This document shows positions 29,147 to 39,506 of a DNA stretch of 64,000 bases, piece after piece. Within the stretch, counting starts at the first letter, position 1, and each line of letters begins with the position of its first letter. Origin of the DNA: Gemmatimonadota bacterium (lineage in GTDB: Bacteria > Gemmatimonadota > Gemmatimonadetes > Palauibacterales > Palauibacteraceae); the NCBI GenBank assembly GCA_039584815.1, contig JBDGXC010000002.1, positions 89,508 through 153,507 on the forward strand, written 5' to 3'. The notes below the pieces were generated by a model. The model searched no databases and had not been told where the DNA came from. It was given only the letters and a program-made list of their open reading frames with translations. The position numbers and the translations under genes were made by a program.

Positions 29147-30187
29147 GTGTTCATCGATTTCGCGCGCATCCGGGTGAAGGCAGGCGCCGGAGGGGCGGGC
29201 GCCGTGGCGTTCCGACGTGAGAAGGGAGTGCCACGAGGCGGCCCGAGCGGCGGGAACGGCGGACGCGGGGGCGACGTCGTCCTGGTGGCCGAACCGCAGC
29301 TCGACACCCTGCTCGACTACAGCTACCGGGAGAGCTATGCGGCTGGACGGGCGGGGCATGGCGAGGGGAGCAACAAGACGGGGACCGACGGAAAGGAGCT
29401 CGCGTTGCCGGTGCCGCTCGGCACGGTCGTGCGGGACGCTGATTCGGGTGTCCGGCTGGGGGAGTTGCTGAAGCCCGGCGACCGCCTCGTGGCGGCACGC
29501 GGAGGGCGTGGAGGACGAGGGAACGCAGCCTTCGCGACGGCGACGCACCAGGCACCCCGCAAATGGGAGCCGGGACAGTGGGGGGAGGAACGGCGCATCG
29601 AGCTCGAGCTCAAGCTCATCGCCGATATCGGTCTGGTGGGTGAGCCCAACGCCGGGAAGAGCACGCTGCTCGCGGCCGTCTCGGCGGCCCGGCCGAAGAT
29701 CGCCGACTATCCGTTCACGACACTCGAGCCGAACCTGGGTGTCGTGGGGCTGTCCGATGGGCGCTCAATGATTTTGGCGGACATTCCGGGCATCATCGAG
29801 GGGGCGGCGGAAGGCAAAGGGCTCGGTACCCAGTTCCTGCGCCATATCGAGCGGACCCGTACGCTCGCCCTCATGGTGCCGGCCGACTCGGAGGACCTGC
29901 AGACCAGGTACGATCTCCTGCGCGGTGAGCTTCTGGCGCACGATGCAGCCCTGGGGCACATCCCGCACTGTCTGGTGATCACCAAGGCGGACCTGCGCCC
30001 TGCGACGGAGCGCGAGTGGGGAATCGAAGCTCCCGGCGCCTGGCGGACGTTCGTGATCTCCAGCGTGTCGCGGTACGGACTCGACGATCTTCTGGAGGGA
30101 CTCTGGAGCCGTGTGGAAGAGGAGAAGGCGCGCGAGCGGGCCGCCGCGCCGGATCTGTTTCCGGAGCTCGAGGAGTGGCGGCCATAG
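29147..30187 (+). CDS. obg: GTPase Obg
   Basis: Gly-rich N-terminal Obg fold. G1 GEPNAGKST, G3 DIPGIIEGA, G4 TKAD. Confidence 0.95.
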   Translation: MFIDFARIRVKAGAGGAGAVAFRREKGVPRGGPSGGNGGRGGDVVLVAEPQLDTLLDYSYRESYAAGRAGHGEGSNKTGTDGKELALPVPLGTVVRDADSGVRLGELLKPGDRLVAARGGRGGRGNAAFATATHQAPRKWEPGQWGEERRIELELKLIADIGLVGEPNAGKSTLLAAVSAARPKIADYPFTTLEPNLGVVGLSDGRSMILADIPGIIEGAAEGKGLGTQFLRHIERTRTLALMVPADSEDLQTRYDLLRGELLAHDAALGHIPHCLVITKADLRPATEREWGIEAPGAWRTFVISSVSRYGLDDLLEGLWSRVEEEKARERAAAPDLFPELEEWRP

Positions 30188-30195
30188 GCCAGAGC

Positions 30196-31095
30196 GTGAC
30201 GAGGCCGGGCGGCGGATCCGGCGGATCCCCGCGGCACGTTCGGCGCGGGACTCCGGAGTACCCCTCACGACTCGAGCACCTCGAGCGACCTCCTCCCGAG
30301 CTGTGGCTCCGTGGCCCGCTCGACGTGCCGGCGTCCCGGGTCGTCGCGATTGTGGGCACGCGCGCCTCCACCGAGTACGGCCGACGCATGGCGCATGACC
30401 TGGCGCTCGGCATGTCGGCTGCCGGCTGGACGGTGGTCAGCGGTCTTGCACGGGGCGTGGACGCCGCCGCCCATCGGGGAGCCCTGGCCGAGCGCGGCAG
30501 GACGATCGGCGTCCTCGGATGTGGGATCGACCGGGTGTATCCCGCCGGGCACCGTGATCTCTACGCCTCCGTGGGACGCAGCGGTCTGCTGCTCAGCGAG
30601 TTCGAGCCGAATACCCCGCCGCTGCGGTATAACTTCCCGCGCCGCAACCGCATCATCGCTGCGCTGGCCGACGCAGTAGTGGTCGTGCAGGCTCCCGAGC
30701 GAAGCGGGGCTCTCATCACCGCCGACATGGCCCTGGACATGGGTCGCGAGGTGTTCGCCGTGCCCGGACCGGCGGATCAGGCAGTCTCCGGAGGCGTTCA
30801 CCGGCTGATCCGGGAAGGAGCCGGGCTGGCGACGTCGGCCAACGCGGTGCTGGAGGAGCTCGGAGACTCCGTCGCGGGACCGGGCGAAGGGTCCTCCGTG
30901 CAGGTGTCCGATCCGCGATCCGCCGCCGAGGAGCGTCTCCGGGCCGCTTTGCGCGACGGGCCCGCCCTCCTGGATGACCTGGCCGGAAGAACCGGAATGC
31001 AGGTACCGGCGGTCCTCTCCATGTTGAGCCGGCTCGAGCTCGCGGGATCCGTTCGGTCGCTGCCCGGTCACCGCTTCGAGCTGTCCCGATCGTGA
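30196..31095 (+). CDS. dprA: DNA processing protein DprA
   Basis: Rossmann-like DprA core (VAIVGTRASTEYG..VVSGLARGVDAAAHRGAL..FPRRNRIIAALADAVVVVQAPERSGALITA). GTG start 8 nt after the obg stop. Confidence 0.85.
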   Translation: MTRPGGGSGGSPRHVRRGTPEYPSRLEHLERPPPELWLRGPLDVPASRVVAIVGTRASTEYGRRMAHDLALGMSAAGWTVVSGLARGVDAAAHRGALAERGRTIGVLGCGIDRVYPAGHRDLYASVGRSGLLLSEFEPNTPPLRYNFPRRNRIIAALADAVVVVQAPERSGALITADMALDMGREVFAVPGPADQAVSGGVHRLIREGAGLATSANAVLEELGDSVAGPGEGSSVQVSDPRSAAEERLRAALRDGPALLDDLAGRTGMQVPAVLSMLSRLELAGSVRSLPGHRFELSRS

Positions 31096-32297
31096 ATATT
31101 CCCGTGGCTCGCGGCTCTCCTCCTCCGACCGGCGTGTATTTCCACTTTCCGTTCTGCGTCCACCGATGCCACTACTGCGACTTCTCGGTTCAGCGAACAC
31201 GCATGGCGCCGGTGGACGAGTGGCTGGACTGCGTGGCGGCGGAACTGGCCGACTGGTTCACGGACGGCGGATGGCCCACACCCGTCAAGCTCGAGACGGT
31301 GTTCGTGGGGGGTGGAACGCCTTCTCTACTGTCGGGCGATGGGATGCCCCGTCTGCGCGATGTGCTCCGCCAACGTTGCCGGTGGGATGCGTCACGGCTG
31401 GAGTGGACGGCGGAGGCGAATCCGGCCTCGCTGACCGCGCGGCTGTTGGCGAGCTGGAGAGAGGCCGGGGTCACGCGCCTCAGCCTGGGAGTCCAGTCCT
31501 TCGACGACGGAGCGCTGGCGTGGCTCGGTCGCCTGCACGACGAGTCGGAAGCGAGATCGGCACTCGCGCGAGCGCGGGCGGCGGGCTTCCATGACGTCAA
31601 CCTCGACCTGATCTTCGGGCTCCCGGCGTCGGTGCCGCGGGACTGGCGATCGGAGGTGGCGGCAGCCGTCGACGCCGGCGTGACACACGTCAGCGTGTAT
31701 GGACTGACAGCGGAACCGGACACTCCGCTCGGTCGACGAGTCGGCCAGGGCCGGGTCCGCATGCCGGACGAGGACCGATACGAGTCGGAGTACGTCGCCG
31801 CGGCGGAAGAGCTGGAGCAAGCTGGCTTCGTGCATTACGAGGTGTCGAACTTCGCCCGTCCGGGGCGGGAGTGCCGCCACAACTGGCAATACTGGGACGG
31901 ATCCTCTTACCTTGGCGTCGGCCCGTCGGCGCACAGCCATCTGGGCGGCACACGGCTGTGGAACGTCTATAGCTGGGAGGCGTACCGCAGGGCGTTGGGA
32001 GAGGGGCGAAGCCCGCGGGAAGGCTTCGAGACGATCGGGGCGGGCGAGAGCCGGCTGGAGCGGCTCTGGCTCGCCTTTCGCACGAACCGTGGTCTTCCGG
32101 CCGAGGATCCCCTGAACCGGTTCGTGCGCCGGGAGGCAGGCGGAATGCTGACGGCGTGGCGGGATGCGGGCTGGCTGACGGAGACCGGCGGAGGCCTTCG
32201 GCTCACCCGATCCGGCTGGCTCCGCATGGACGCGATGGTGGCGTCACTGGAGGCACGGATGGAATCGATTCTGACACGGGGCTCGTCGAGAGAGTGA
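31092..32297 (+). CDS. hemW: radical SAM haem chaperone HemW (coproporphyrinogen III oxidase-like)
   Basis: GTGA overlap. CVHRCHYC (the CxxxCxxC radical-SAM motif). HemN_C-like tail. Confidence 0.85.
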   Translation: MNIPVARGSPPPTGVYFHFPFCVHRCHYCDFSVQRTRMAPVDEWLDCVAAELADWFTDGGWPTPVKLETVFVGGGTPSLLSGDGMPRLRDVLRQRCRWDASRLEWTAEANPASLTARLLASWREAGVTRLSLGVQSFDDGALAWLGRLHDESEARSALARARAAGFHDVNLDLIFGLPASVPRDWRSEVAAAVDAGVTHVSVYGLTAEPDTPLGRRVGQGRVRMPDEDRYESEYVAAAEELEQAGFVHYEVSNFARPGRECRHNWQYWDGSSYLGVGPSAHSHLGGTRLWNVYSWEAYRRALGEGRSPREGFETIGAGESRLERLWLAFRTNRGLPAEDPLNRFVRREAGGMLTAWRDAGWLTETGGGLRLTRSGWLRMDAMVASLEARMESILTRGSSRE

Positions 32298-33346
32298 TGG
32301 GTTTCGAGGGATTGACGGACAGAGAGCGAACGATTCTCCAGGCTGTAGTGGAGGCGTTTATCCAGACGGCGGAGCCGGCCGGCTCGCGGCGCATCGTGCA
32401 ACGCGCTGATCTCGGCCTGTCCCCGGCCACCGTCCGGAACACCATGGCCGACCTGGAGACCAAGGGATACCTGACGCACCCCCACACCTCGGCGGGCCGC
32501 GTGCCCACGGATCTGGCGTATCGCTGCTACGTCGACACGCTCATGGATCGGCGTGACATCTCAGCGCGACAACGGGCTCGCATCGAGAAAGAGCTGGTCG
32601 TTCCGAGTGCCGCGTCGGAGCTGGAGGCGGTGGTGCAGCGCGCGGCCCGTGTGCTGGGCCTCCTCACCGGTGAGCTCGGGCTCTCCGTTGGGCCGATCCT
32701 GGCCGAGGCCGTGCTTCTGAAACTGGATTTCGTGCCGATCGACTCGGGGAAGGCGTTGATGGTGCTCACACTGGGTTCCGGTGTGGTGCGCACCGTGTAC
32801 GTAGACCTGCCGGCTGCCCTGCCGGCTCAGACCCTGGCTTCGGTCGCGGTCGTGATGAACGAGCGGCTGGCCGGATCGTCGCTGCGGGAGATCCATGCTA
32901 CCCTCGAGGAGCGGTTGCGGGACGTACAGGTGTCGGATCCGTCAGCGGAGAAGCTGGTCAACATCTTCGTGGAATCGGGCCCCGATATCTTTGAATGGGT
33001 CCTCCGCACCGAGGACATCCACCTCGGGAGCGTATCGGTCCTCGCCAGCCAGCCGGAGTTCCACTCCGGGGAGCGCCTGAAGGCCCTGATGGAGCTCACC
33101 GAGCAGCGCGACCTCCTGGCGGCAGTGCTGCACGGCCGTGCCACCGTCGGTGGATCCCGCATCACGATCGGAGCCGAGCACGGGGCCCCGGAGCTGTCGG
33201 ACCTGACCATCATCACGGCGACCTACGCGGCAGGCCAGCTCGAGGGTGTGCTCGGCGTCATCGGTCCGACGCGCATGCCGTACGAGAAGATCCTCGCGGT
33301 GGTCGAATGCACCTCGTCCCTCGTGTCGAATCTGGTCGCTCACTGA
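32297..33346 (+). CDS. hrcA: heat-inducible transcription repressor HrcA
   Basis: TGATG overlap. N-terminal winged helix (LTDRERTILQAVVEAFIQTAEPAGSRRI). HrcA C-terminal domain. Confidence 0.85.
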   Translation: MGFEGLTDRERTILQAVVEAFIQTAEPAGSRRIVQRADLGLSPATVRNTMADLETKGYLTHPHTSAGRVPTDLAYRCYVDTLMDRRDISARQRARIEKELVVPSAASELEAVVQRAARVLGLLTGELGLSVGPILAEAVLLKLDFVPIDSGKALMVLTLGSGVVRTVYVDLPAALPAQTLASVAVVMNERLAGSSLREIHATLEERLRDVQVSDPSAEKLVNIFVESGPDIFEWVLRTEDIHLGSVSVLASQPEFHSGERLKALMELTEQRDLLAAVLHGRATVGGSRITIGAEHGAPELSDLTIITATYAAGQLEGVLGVIGPTRMPYEKILAVVECTSSLVSNLVAH

Positions 33347-33410
33347 ACAGAGGGCAGGGATCGGTCGGACCGCCACGTAATGGGGCGGCGAGCCATCTCC
33401 GAAGGAATGC

Positions 33411-34562
33411 ATGACGGACTACTACGACAGACTGGGTATAGCACGGGACGCCGATTCCGAAACGATCAAGAAGGCGTATCGGAAGCTCGCCATGCAGTAC
33501 CATCCCGACAAGAACGACTCTCCGGATGCGGAGGAGAGGTTCAAGCGGGTGACGGAGGCCTACGAGATCCTGCGGGACCCCGAGAAGCGGCAGTTGTACG
33601 ACCGGTACGGCGAGGCGGGGGTCCGGCGCGGCATGGGTGGTGGACCCGCCGGCGGCTTCGGGGGCTTCGACTTCGCGGACGCGTTCGAAGTGTTCATGCG
33701 GGAGTTCGGTGGCATGGGCCTCGGAGATCTGTTCGGAGGACGTCCAGGGCGATCCCATGGACAGCGGCACGGCTCGGACCTGAAGCTGCGGCTGAGGGTC
33801 ACTCTCGAGGAAGCGGCACGGGGCGCGGAGCGCAACGTCAAGATCCGGGTGCTCGAGAAGTGTGACCGGTGCGGCGGCTCCGGAGCCGAGCCGGGTACGA
33901 CCCCCGAGCGGTGCGGCACGTGCGGAGGGGTCGGCGAGGTACGGCAGGTACAACGATCGATGCTGGGCCAGTTCGTGAGCGTTCGCCCCTGTCCGGCCTG
34001 CGACGGACGGGGTGAGCGGATCCACTCCGTGTGCTCGGAGTGCGCCGGTGACGGCAGGATTCGCCGGGACAGGACCGCCAAGCTGGACATCCCCGCCGGG
34101 GTCTCGACCGACGACGTTCTCAAGCTGTCCGGGCGGGGAGATGCCGGACCGGGTGGCGGGCCGAACGGGGACGTGCTCGTTCGTGTGGAAGTGGACCCGG
34201 ACCGCCGATTTCAGCGGGTCGGCGACGACCTGGTATACAACCTGGCGGTAACCCTGAGCCAGGCGGCCCTCGGGGCGGAGGTCGAAGTGCCCACGATCAC
34301 CGACGGCCCGGCGATGCTCCAGGTTCCCCCCGGCATTCAGAGCGGGCAAGCCCTCAGGCTCCGCGGCCGCGGCATGCCGCGACTCCGGCGCTCTGAGCGC
34401 GGCGACCTGATCGTGCGCGTGCTGGTGTGGACGCCGACCAACCTGACGGGCGAGGAGCGGGAAGTGCTCGAACGGCTCCGCGATGTGGAGCAGAATCCTC
34501 CCGAGCCCGATACGGAGGAGCCCGGATTCTGGGAGCGGGTGAAGCGCGCGTTCACCGCCTAG
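33411..34562 (+). CDS. dnaJ: molecular chaperone DnaJ
   Basis: J-domain with HPD. G/F region. Four CxxCxGxG repeats. Confidence 0.95.
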   Translation: MTDYYDRLGIARDADSETIKKAYRKLAMQYHPDKNDSPDAEERFKRVTEAYEILRDPEKRQLYDRYGEAGVRRGMGGGPAGGFGGFDFADAFEVFMREFGGMGLGDLFGGRPGRSHGQRHGSDLKLRLRVTLEEAARGAERNVKIRVLEKCDRCGGSGAEPGTTPERCGTCGGVGEVRQVQRSMLGQFVSVRPCPACDGRGERIHSVCSECAGDGRIRRDRTAKLDIPAGVSTDDVLKLSGRGDAGPGGGPNGDVLVRVEVDPDRRFQRVGDDLVYNLAVTLSQAALGAEVEVPTITDGPAMLQVPPGIQSGQALRLRGRGMPRLRRSERGDLIVRVLVWTPTNLTGEEREVLERLRDVEQNPPEPDTEEPGFWERVKRAFTA

Positions 34563-34718
34563 GCTCACCTTCGTTCGGCAAACCGCACGCTTCCTTCCGC
34601 GTGCTGGCCGGAGCCGACACCACGAGGCCCCTTGCGGGCCGGGGCCGCGGGCTAAATCCTCATGGGCAATCGAGGCATGCGCTGAAGCTTGATATACCCT
34701 CAGCTTCCGAGGTTGGGA

Positions 34719-35252
34719 ATGCATGGTATCGACGAGGAGCGCCCGGCCCCCGGCGAGTACGACCCGTTCTATCAGGGGTACATCGACCGGGTTCCCGAAG
34801 GATCGATCATGGAAGCGCTCGAGGAGCAGCGATACGAGATCATGGGCTTCCTGGGAAGCCTCGATAACGCAACCGCTGCCCACCGCTACGAGCCAGGGAA
34901 GTGGAGCGTCAAGGAAGTGCTCGGGCACCTGCTGGACACCGAGAGAATCTTTGCCACCCGGGCGCTGTGCTTTGCCCGCGGTGAAGATAAACCGCTCCCC
35001 GGTTTCGAGCAGGACGACTATGTCGACCAGGGGGAATTCGACCGGCGGTCGCTGGCCAGCCTGTCCCACGAATTCGAAGCCGTGCGCCAGTCGACCGAGC
35101 GCCTGTTCGGAAGCCTCGGCGACGGTCATTGGAAGCGCTCCGGGGTGGCCAACGAAGCCCGGACGTCGGTTCGAGCGGTCGCCTACATCGTCGTCGGTCA
35201 TGCCGCCCACCACATGGCGGTGATCCGTGAACGTTACCTGGGCGATCACTGA
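34719..35252 (+). CDS. DinB/YfiT-like (DinB_2) putative metalloenzyme
   Basis: Four-helix bundle family pattern with conserved His residues (LGHLLDTERIF, GHAAHHMAV). Confidence 0.55.
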   Translation: MHGIDEERPAPGEYDPFYQGYIDRVPEGSIMEALEEQRYEIMGFLGSLDNATAAHRYEPGKWSVKEVLGHLLDTERIFATRALCFARGEDKPLPGFEQDDYVDQGEFDRRSLASLSHEFEAVRQSTERLFGSLGDGHWKRSGVANEARTSVRAVAYIVVGHAAHHMAVIRERYLGDH

Positions 35253-35298
35253 CGAGGGGAGGGGTCTCCCGCGCGGCAGACCCCCCGCGGGAGGTAGC

Positions 35299-36534
35299 AT
35301 GAGCCCCTCGCTCACCCTCGAGGGGTGGACGTGGAAGCGAGCGGGCAGCCTGGCCGCCGGACTCGCAATGATCGTGGCGTCCTGGATGACGATCCAGCAC
35401 TTCTTCGCCGCGAATTATCCCGAGTCGATCTGGGAAGGCTCGTTCTGTGACATCTCCTCCTTCTTCAACTGCGACAGCTCCGCGTTCTCGCGGATTTCCG
35501 CGGTCGGCGGTACGCCCATCGGCGTGTTCGGGGCCATGCTGGGCGGACTGGTGGCGTTCGGCGCGGTGTTCCCGTCTGCCGGTCTGGAGCGCACGAACAA
35601 GACCCTCGCTCTGCTGAACGGGCTTGGCGTCGTGGCGCTGCTCTTCTACTCGGTGGGTATCCTCGGAAGTCTGTGTCTGCTGTGTACCGGCTACTACGTG
35701 TTCTCGGGCGCCAGCCTCGTCCTGTTCTGGCGATACGGGATCGATCGCGACGCCGGGACGGCGAGTGTCCGCTGGCTCCGCCCCAGGGCGAGCGTTCTGG
35801 TGGTCGCGGCCATCGTGACGATGTCCCAGGCCTGGGTAGCCGCGCAGTACCACGAGGCGAGGCGCGACGCACAGAGCGGGGGCGTCGCCGAGCGCATCGT
35901 ACGTCAGTTCCACGGTCTCCCACGCGTCCCGTGGCCCAGTGAGATCTCGCCCTTCCGTACAGCGTCTGCCTACCCGGTGTTCGAGGACGCCCCCATCCGG
36001 ATCGTCGAGTACGCGGACCTGCTGTGCTCGGACTGCCTCTATCTCAACGAGCAGCTGGTCCGTCTGAAGGAGGAATTCGGCGACCACATGAACGTGGCGT
36101 TCCAGTTCTTTCCGCTCGATGCGTCGTGCAACCAGGTGGTCGAAAAGGACAAGCACCCCGGGGCCTGCGCCCTGTCCTTCATGGCGGCCCACGACCCGGC
36201 CAGGTTCAGAGCCGTCCACGACGAGATTTTCGCCAACTTCGAGGCGGCGAAGGATCCCGACTGGAGAGGAGACCTCGCGCAGCGCCACGGCGTGACGGCG
36301 GCGCTCACGGACTCGACCACTATCGACCGGGTCCTTCGTCTGATCGCCACCGGAGTCGAGTACGAGAGAACGTCGGACGAGTACTCGCACGGCATCCGCT
36401 CGACACCCACCATGATCATCAACAATCGCATGGTGATCGGTACGTTTCCCTACGAACAGCTGCGGGCGATCTTCCAGGCGCTGGTGGACGAGGCGGACGG
36501 GGAAGGGAAGTTCATGGAGCATTGGGTGGAGTGA
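35299..36534 (+). CDS. vitamin K epoxide reductase (VKOR) domain fused to thioredoxin/DsbA-like domain
   Basis: VKOR loop Cys pair (CDISSFFNC). TM CxxC active site (CLLCTGYY). C-terminal Trx-like domain with CSDC. Confidence 0.7.
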   Translation: MSPSLTLEGWTWKRAGSLAAGLAMIVASWMTIQHFFAANYPESIWEGSFCDISSFFNCDSSAFSRISAVGGTPIGVFGAMLGGLVAFGAVFPSAGLERTNKTLALLNGLGVVALLFYSVGILGSLCLLCTGYYVFSGASLVLFWRYGIDRDAGTASVRWLRPRASVLVVAAIVTMSQAWVAAQYHEARRDAQSGGVAERIVRQFHGLPRVPWPSEISPFRTASAYPVFEDAPIRIVEYADLLCSDCLYLNEQLVRLKEEFGDHMNVAFQFFPLDASCNQVVEKDKHPGACALSFMAAHDPARFRAVHDEIFANFEAAKDPDWRGDLAQRHGVTAALTDSTTIDRVLRLIATGVEYERTSDEYSHGIRSTPTMIINNRMVIGTFPYEQLRAIFQALVDEADGEGKFMEHWVE

Positions 36535-36715
36535 ACACCGGCCTGCCGGCATGCATTCGGAAGCACTTCGGAAGCACTGCCGTGGGCTGGCCGAGTCGGC
36601 TCCAGCGAGATCTCCGCCGGGATGTCACGCAGGCTTGCCCGGCACTCCGTTCAGAGCTCTTCCCCGCCTCCTGCGCGCTCGCCGTGCCAAGCCGTCGTCC
36701 TGTGATCGGCGCGTC

Positions 36716-38095
36716 TCAGCCGCCGCGCGACACCAGCTCCACCCCCTCGATGAGTCGCTCCACCTCTTCCGGGTCGGTGTAGCAGGCGCAGCCGGCCCGC
36801 AGGAGTCCGGACGGTTCCACGCCGAGGCGTCGGGTCACCCCCGGGGCGTAGAAGTTCCCGTGCGACAGGAACAGGCCCCTGTCGGACAGCTTGGACGCCG
36901 CCTCGACGGGCGAGACGCCGTCGATCGTGAACGACAGAGTGGGTGTGCGGGGGACACCGGGAGACGGACCGTACAGGCGGACTCCCGGAACCGATGCCAA
37001 CCCTTCCCACAAGCGTCGGATCAACCCGTCTCCCCGCCGCGACAGCTCGGCGAACACCGCGTCCAGACATGTGCGGCGGTCGCCGGCGCCCCCGAGTCCG
37101 GCGAGGTACTCGACCGCGGCGCGCGTGCCAGCGATCCCCTCGTGATTGGCCGTTCCAGTCTCCCAGCGTTCCGGCGCGGTCTCCGGCGCGGGCGCCAGCT
37201 TCGGAGGGCGCGCTTCCGCGAGAAGACCGGCGCGACCCCACAGCACTCCGACGTGTGGGCCGTAGAACTTGTAGGCGGAGCAGGCCAGCAGGTCGCATCG
37301 CAGCGCGGCCACGTCGAGCCGCTCGTGAGGAGCGAGGTGGACGGCATCCACGAACAGGAGAGCTTCGACAGCCGCGGCCCGGGCTGCGACACGGGGAACG
37401 TCCACGACGGTTCCGAGCGCGTTCGAGGCCCCGGTCACCGCGATGAGGCGAGTGCGACCCGAAACGAGGCGATCGAGTGCCTCCCAATCCAGGTCGGCGG
37501 TCTCCACATCCAGCGGCACCGTTCGCACGACGATGCCCCGTTCGGATTCCAGGTCCCTCCACGGCGCCACGTTGGCGTCGTGGTCCAGCTCCGTCACCAC
37601 GATTTCGTCGCCGGGTCCGAGGCGACGCCCCAGGGCCCGCGCCATGTGGAAGGTGAGCGTCGTCATGTTCGGACCGAACACGATCTCGTCCGGCGCGCCA
37701 CCCACGAAATCGGCGACCGCCGCCCGGCTTTCCTCCAGGACCTCGTCCAGCTCGCGCGAGGTCGCGTACGCCCAGTGCGCGTTGGCGTTGTGGCGCAGCA
37801 TCTGCTCGGCGACCGCCCGGGCTACGCTCTCGGGCACCTGGGTACCCCCCGGAGCATCGAAGTACGCAGCTCGAACATCGCCCTGGAGTCGCCGCAGGGC
37901 CGGGAACCCCTCGCGGATGGAGACCAGGGAGGCGACGTCGGGTCGCGGTGCGACGTCTGACGGCGAGATGTCGGTCACTCCTGTCAGCGCTCCGCGGCTC
38001 GAGTGGTCGCGACGGCACGACGCCGGCGCGGAACCGGAAGCTACGAGTGACTCGGTCTGCGCGCAGACGGCGGGCTCCTCCGGCCGGCCGGTCAT
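36716..38095 (-). CDS. aminotransferase class V / cysteine desulfurase-like PLP enzyme
   Basis: YFDAPGG, HHAN, and the PLP-Lys motif SAYKFYGPHVGVLWG. The start is ambiguous (ATG 38176, ATG 38095 or GTG 37978); the N-terminal roughly 70 aa is low complexity. Confidence 0.8.
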   Translation of the reverse strand: MTGRPEEPAVCAQTESLVASGSAPASCRRDHSSRGALTGVTDISPSDVAPRPDVASLVSIREGFPALRRLQGDVRAAYFDAPGGTQVPESVARAVAEQMLRHNANAHWAYATSRELDEVLEESRAAVADFVGGAPDEIVFGPNMTTLTFHMARALGRRLGPGDEIVVTELDHDANVAPWRDLESERGIVVRTVPLDVETADLDWEALDRLVSGRTRLIAVTGASNALGTVVDVPRVAARAAAVEALLFVDAVHLAPHERLDVAALRCDLLACSAYKFYGPHVGVLWGRAGLLAEARPPKLAPAPETAPERWETGTANHEGIAGTRAAVEYLAGLGGAGDRRTCLDAVFAELSRRGDGLIRRLWEGLASVPGVRLYGPSPGVPRTPTLSFTIDGVSPVEAASKLSDRGLFLSHGNFYAPGVTRRLGVEPSGLLRAGCACYTDPEEVERLIEGVELVSRGG

Positions 38096-38305
38096 CGTGC
38101 CCTGCCTGGACAAAGTGTCCCGACGGGGGCACTGTCCTCCGGGAGGATCGCACGTGAAGACACGACACAAACACATGATGCGGTTGATGATACATTACAC
38201 TTCGGTGAAACCGCGCACTGGCTCGGTTCCTGCTGCAACGCGCGCCGTGACGTCCGTGCGGCACCTCTGGCCGACCGGCGATCCATCCTCACGCAGAGAG
38301 CAACG

Positions 38306-39445
38306 ATGACCTCCCAAGCCGACAAGAAGGCCGATCTCGCCGGACCGGGCGTGAGCACGTACGAAGAGGTAGCCAGAATCCTGCCGACCGATTACCGACC
38401 GCTGCTCGATCCCAAGGAGACGATGAAGGCGCTGTTCGATGTCAAGCGGATCATCGAGGACGGCCTGTGCCGCGAGCTGGACCTGATGATGGTCCAGGTT
38501 CCGTTGATCGTGGACGTCAGGAGCGGCGTGAACGACATGCTGGACCGAGACGGATCACGCACGCCGGTCGAATTCGATTGCGGGCTCGGCCTGGCAAGAC
38601 CTATACGGGCGAGCGTCGTCCAGGCGGCCACCAAGTGGAAGCGGATGGCCCTGCGGCAGTTCGGCTGCGAGGTGGGCGAGGGCGTGTGCACGGACATGAA
38701 AGCCGTCCGCAAGGACTACTTTCTGGATCACGATCACAGCTCGTACGTGGATCAGTGGGACTGGGAGAGGGTCATCACGGCGGACCAGCGCAACGTGTCC
38801 TTCCTCACGGAGATCGTCCGGAGGATCTGGATGGTCCTCAAGGAAGCCGAGGAATACGTGTTCGATCGGTATCCCGCGCTGAACGACCCCCGCCATCCAC
38901 GGCTTCCGGACGAGCTCGTCTTCCTGCACGCCGAAGAGCTGCTCGAGATGTACGCAGACCTGCCGCGCAAGCAACGGGAGACGAGGATCCTGCAGGAGCA
39001 CGCGCCGGCGGTCTTCATCTACGGCATCGGCTGGCCGCTGGCGGACGGCTACCCGCACGAGATGCGTGCCGCCGACTACGACGACTGGGTGACCGACACG
39101 TCGGTGGAGACCGGGAGGGACACCCATGGCCTGAACGGAGACATCCTGGTGTGGAATCCGGTGACGCGACGCCGTCACGAGCTCACGTCCATGGGAATCC
39201 GCGTCACTCCGCAGACGCTCGTGCGTCAGCTGGAGCTGAGCGGACAGATGGACTTCCTGGAACAACCCTACCACCAGGCCATTCTGAACGACGAGATCCC
39301 GCTCAGCGTCGGTGGCGGCATCGGACAGTCCCGCACGTACATGCTGCTCCTCCGTAAGGCGCACCTCGGGGAAGTGAGCGTGACGGTCTGGCCGGACGAG
39401 CTGAAGAGGATCTGCGCGGAACGCGGGATCATCGTGCTCGAGTAG
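38306..39445 (+). CDS. asnA: aspartate--ammonia ligase
   Basis: AsnA-specific blocks (FIYGIGWPLADG, LSVGGGIGQSRTYMLLL). 379 aa. Confidence 0.9.
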   Translation: MTSQADKKADLAGPGVSTYEEVARILPTDYRPLLDPKETMKALFDVKRIIEDGLCRELDLMMVQVPLIVDVRSGVNDMLDRDGSRTPVEFDCGLGLARPIRASVVQAATKWKRMALRQFGCEVGEGVCTDMKAVRKDYFLDHDHSSYVDQWDWERVITADQRNVSFLTEIVRRIWMVLKEAEEYVFDRYPALNDPRHPRLPDELVFLHAEELLEMYADLPRKQRETRILQEHAPAVFIYGIGWPLADGYPHEMRAADYDDWVTDTSVETGRDTHGLNGDILVWNPVTRRRHELTSMGIRVTPQTLVRQLELSGQMDFLEQPYHQAILNDEIPLSVGGGIGQSRTYMLLLRKAHLGEVSVTVWPDELKRICAERGIIVLE

Positions 39446-39506
39446 CATCGACGGCCCCTGCCCGCCGAAGGCGGGAACGGGACAAGGCGATCTTGCGGGA
39501 GGGACG

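Noticed and set aside
36556-36577. Tandem 11-bp direct repeat TTCGGAAGCAC x2 after the VKOR gene
   Set aside because: It is too short and isolated to call a repeat element. It may be chance or a minor regulatory motif.
36551-38309. Several long + strand ORFs (469 aa, 288 aa) and a 537-aa - strand ORF
   Set aside because: All overlap the class V aminotransferase frame, which has the PLP-Lys motif. They are Arg/Pro/Gly-rich, low-complexity GC artefacts.
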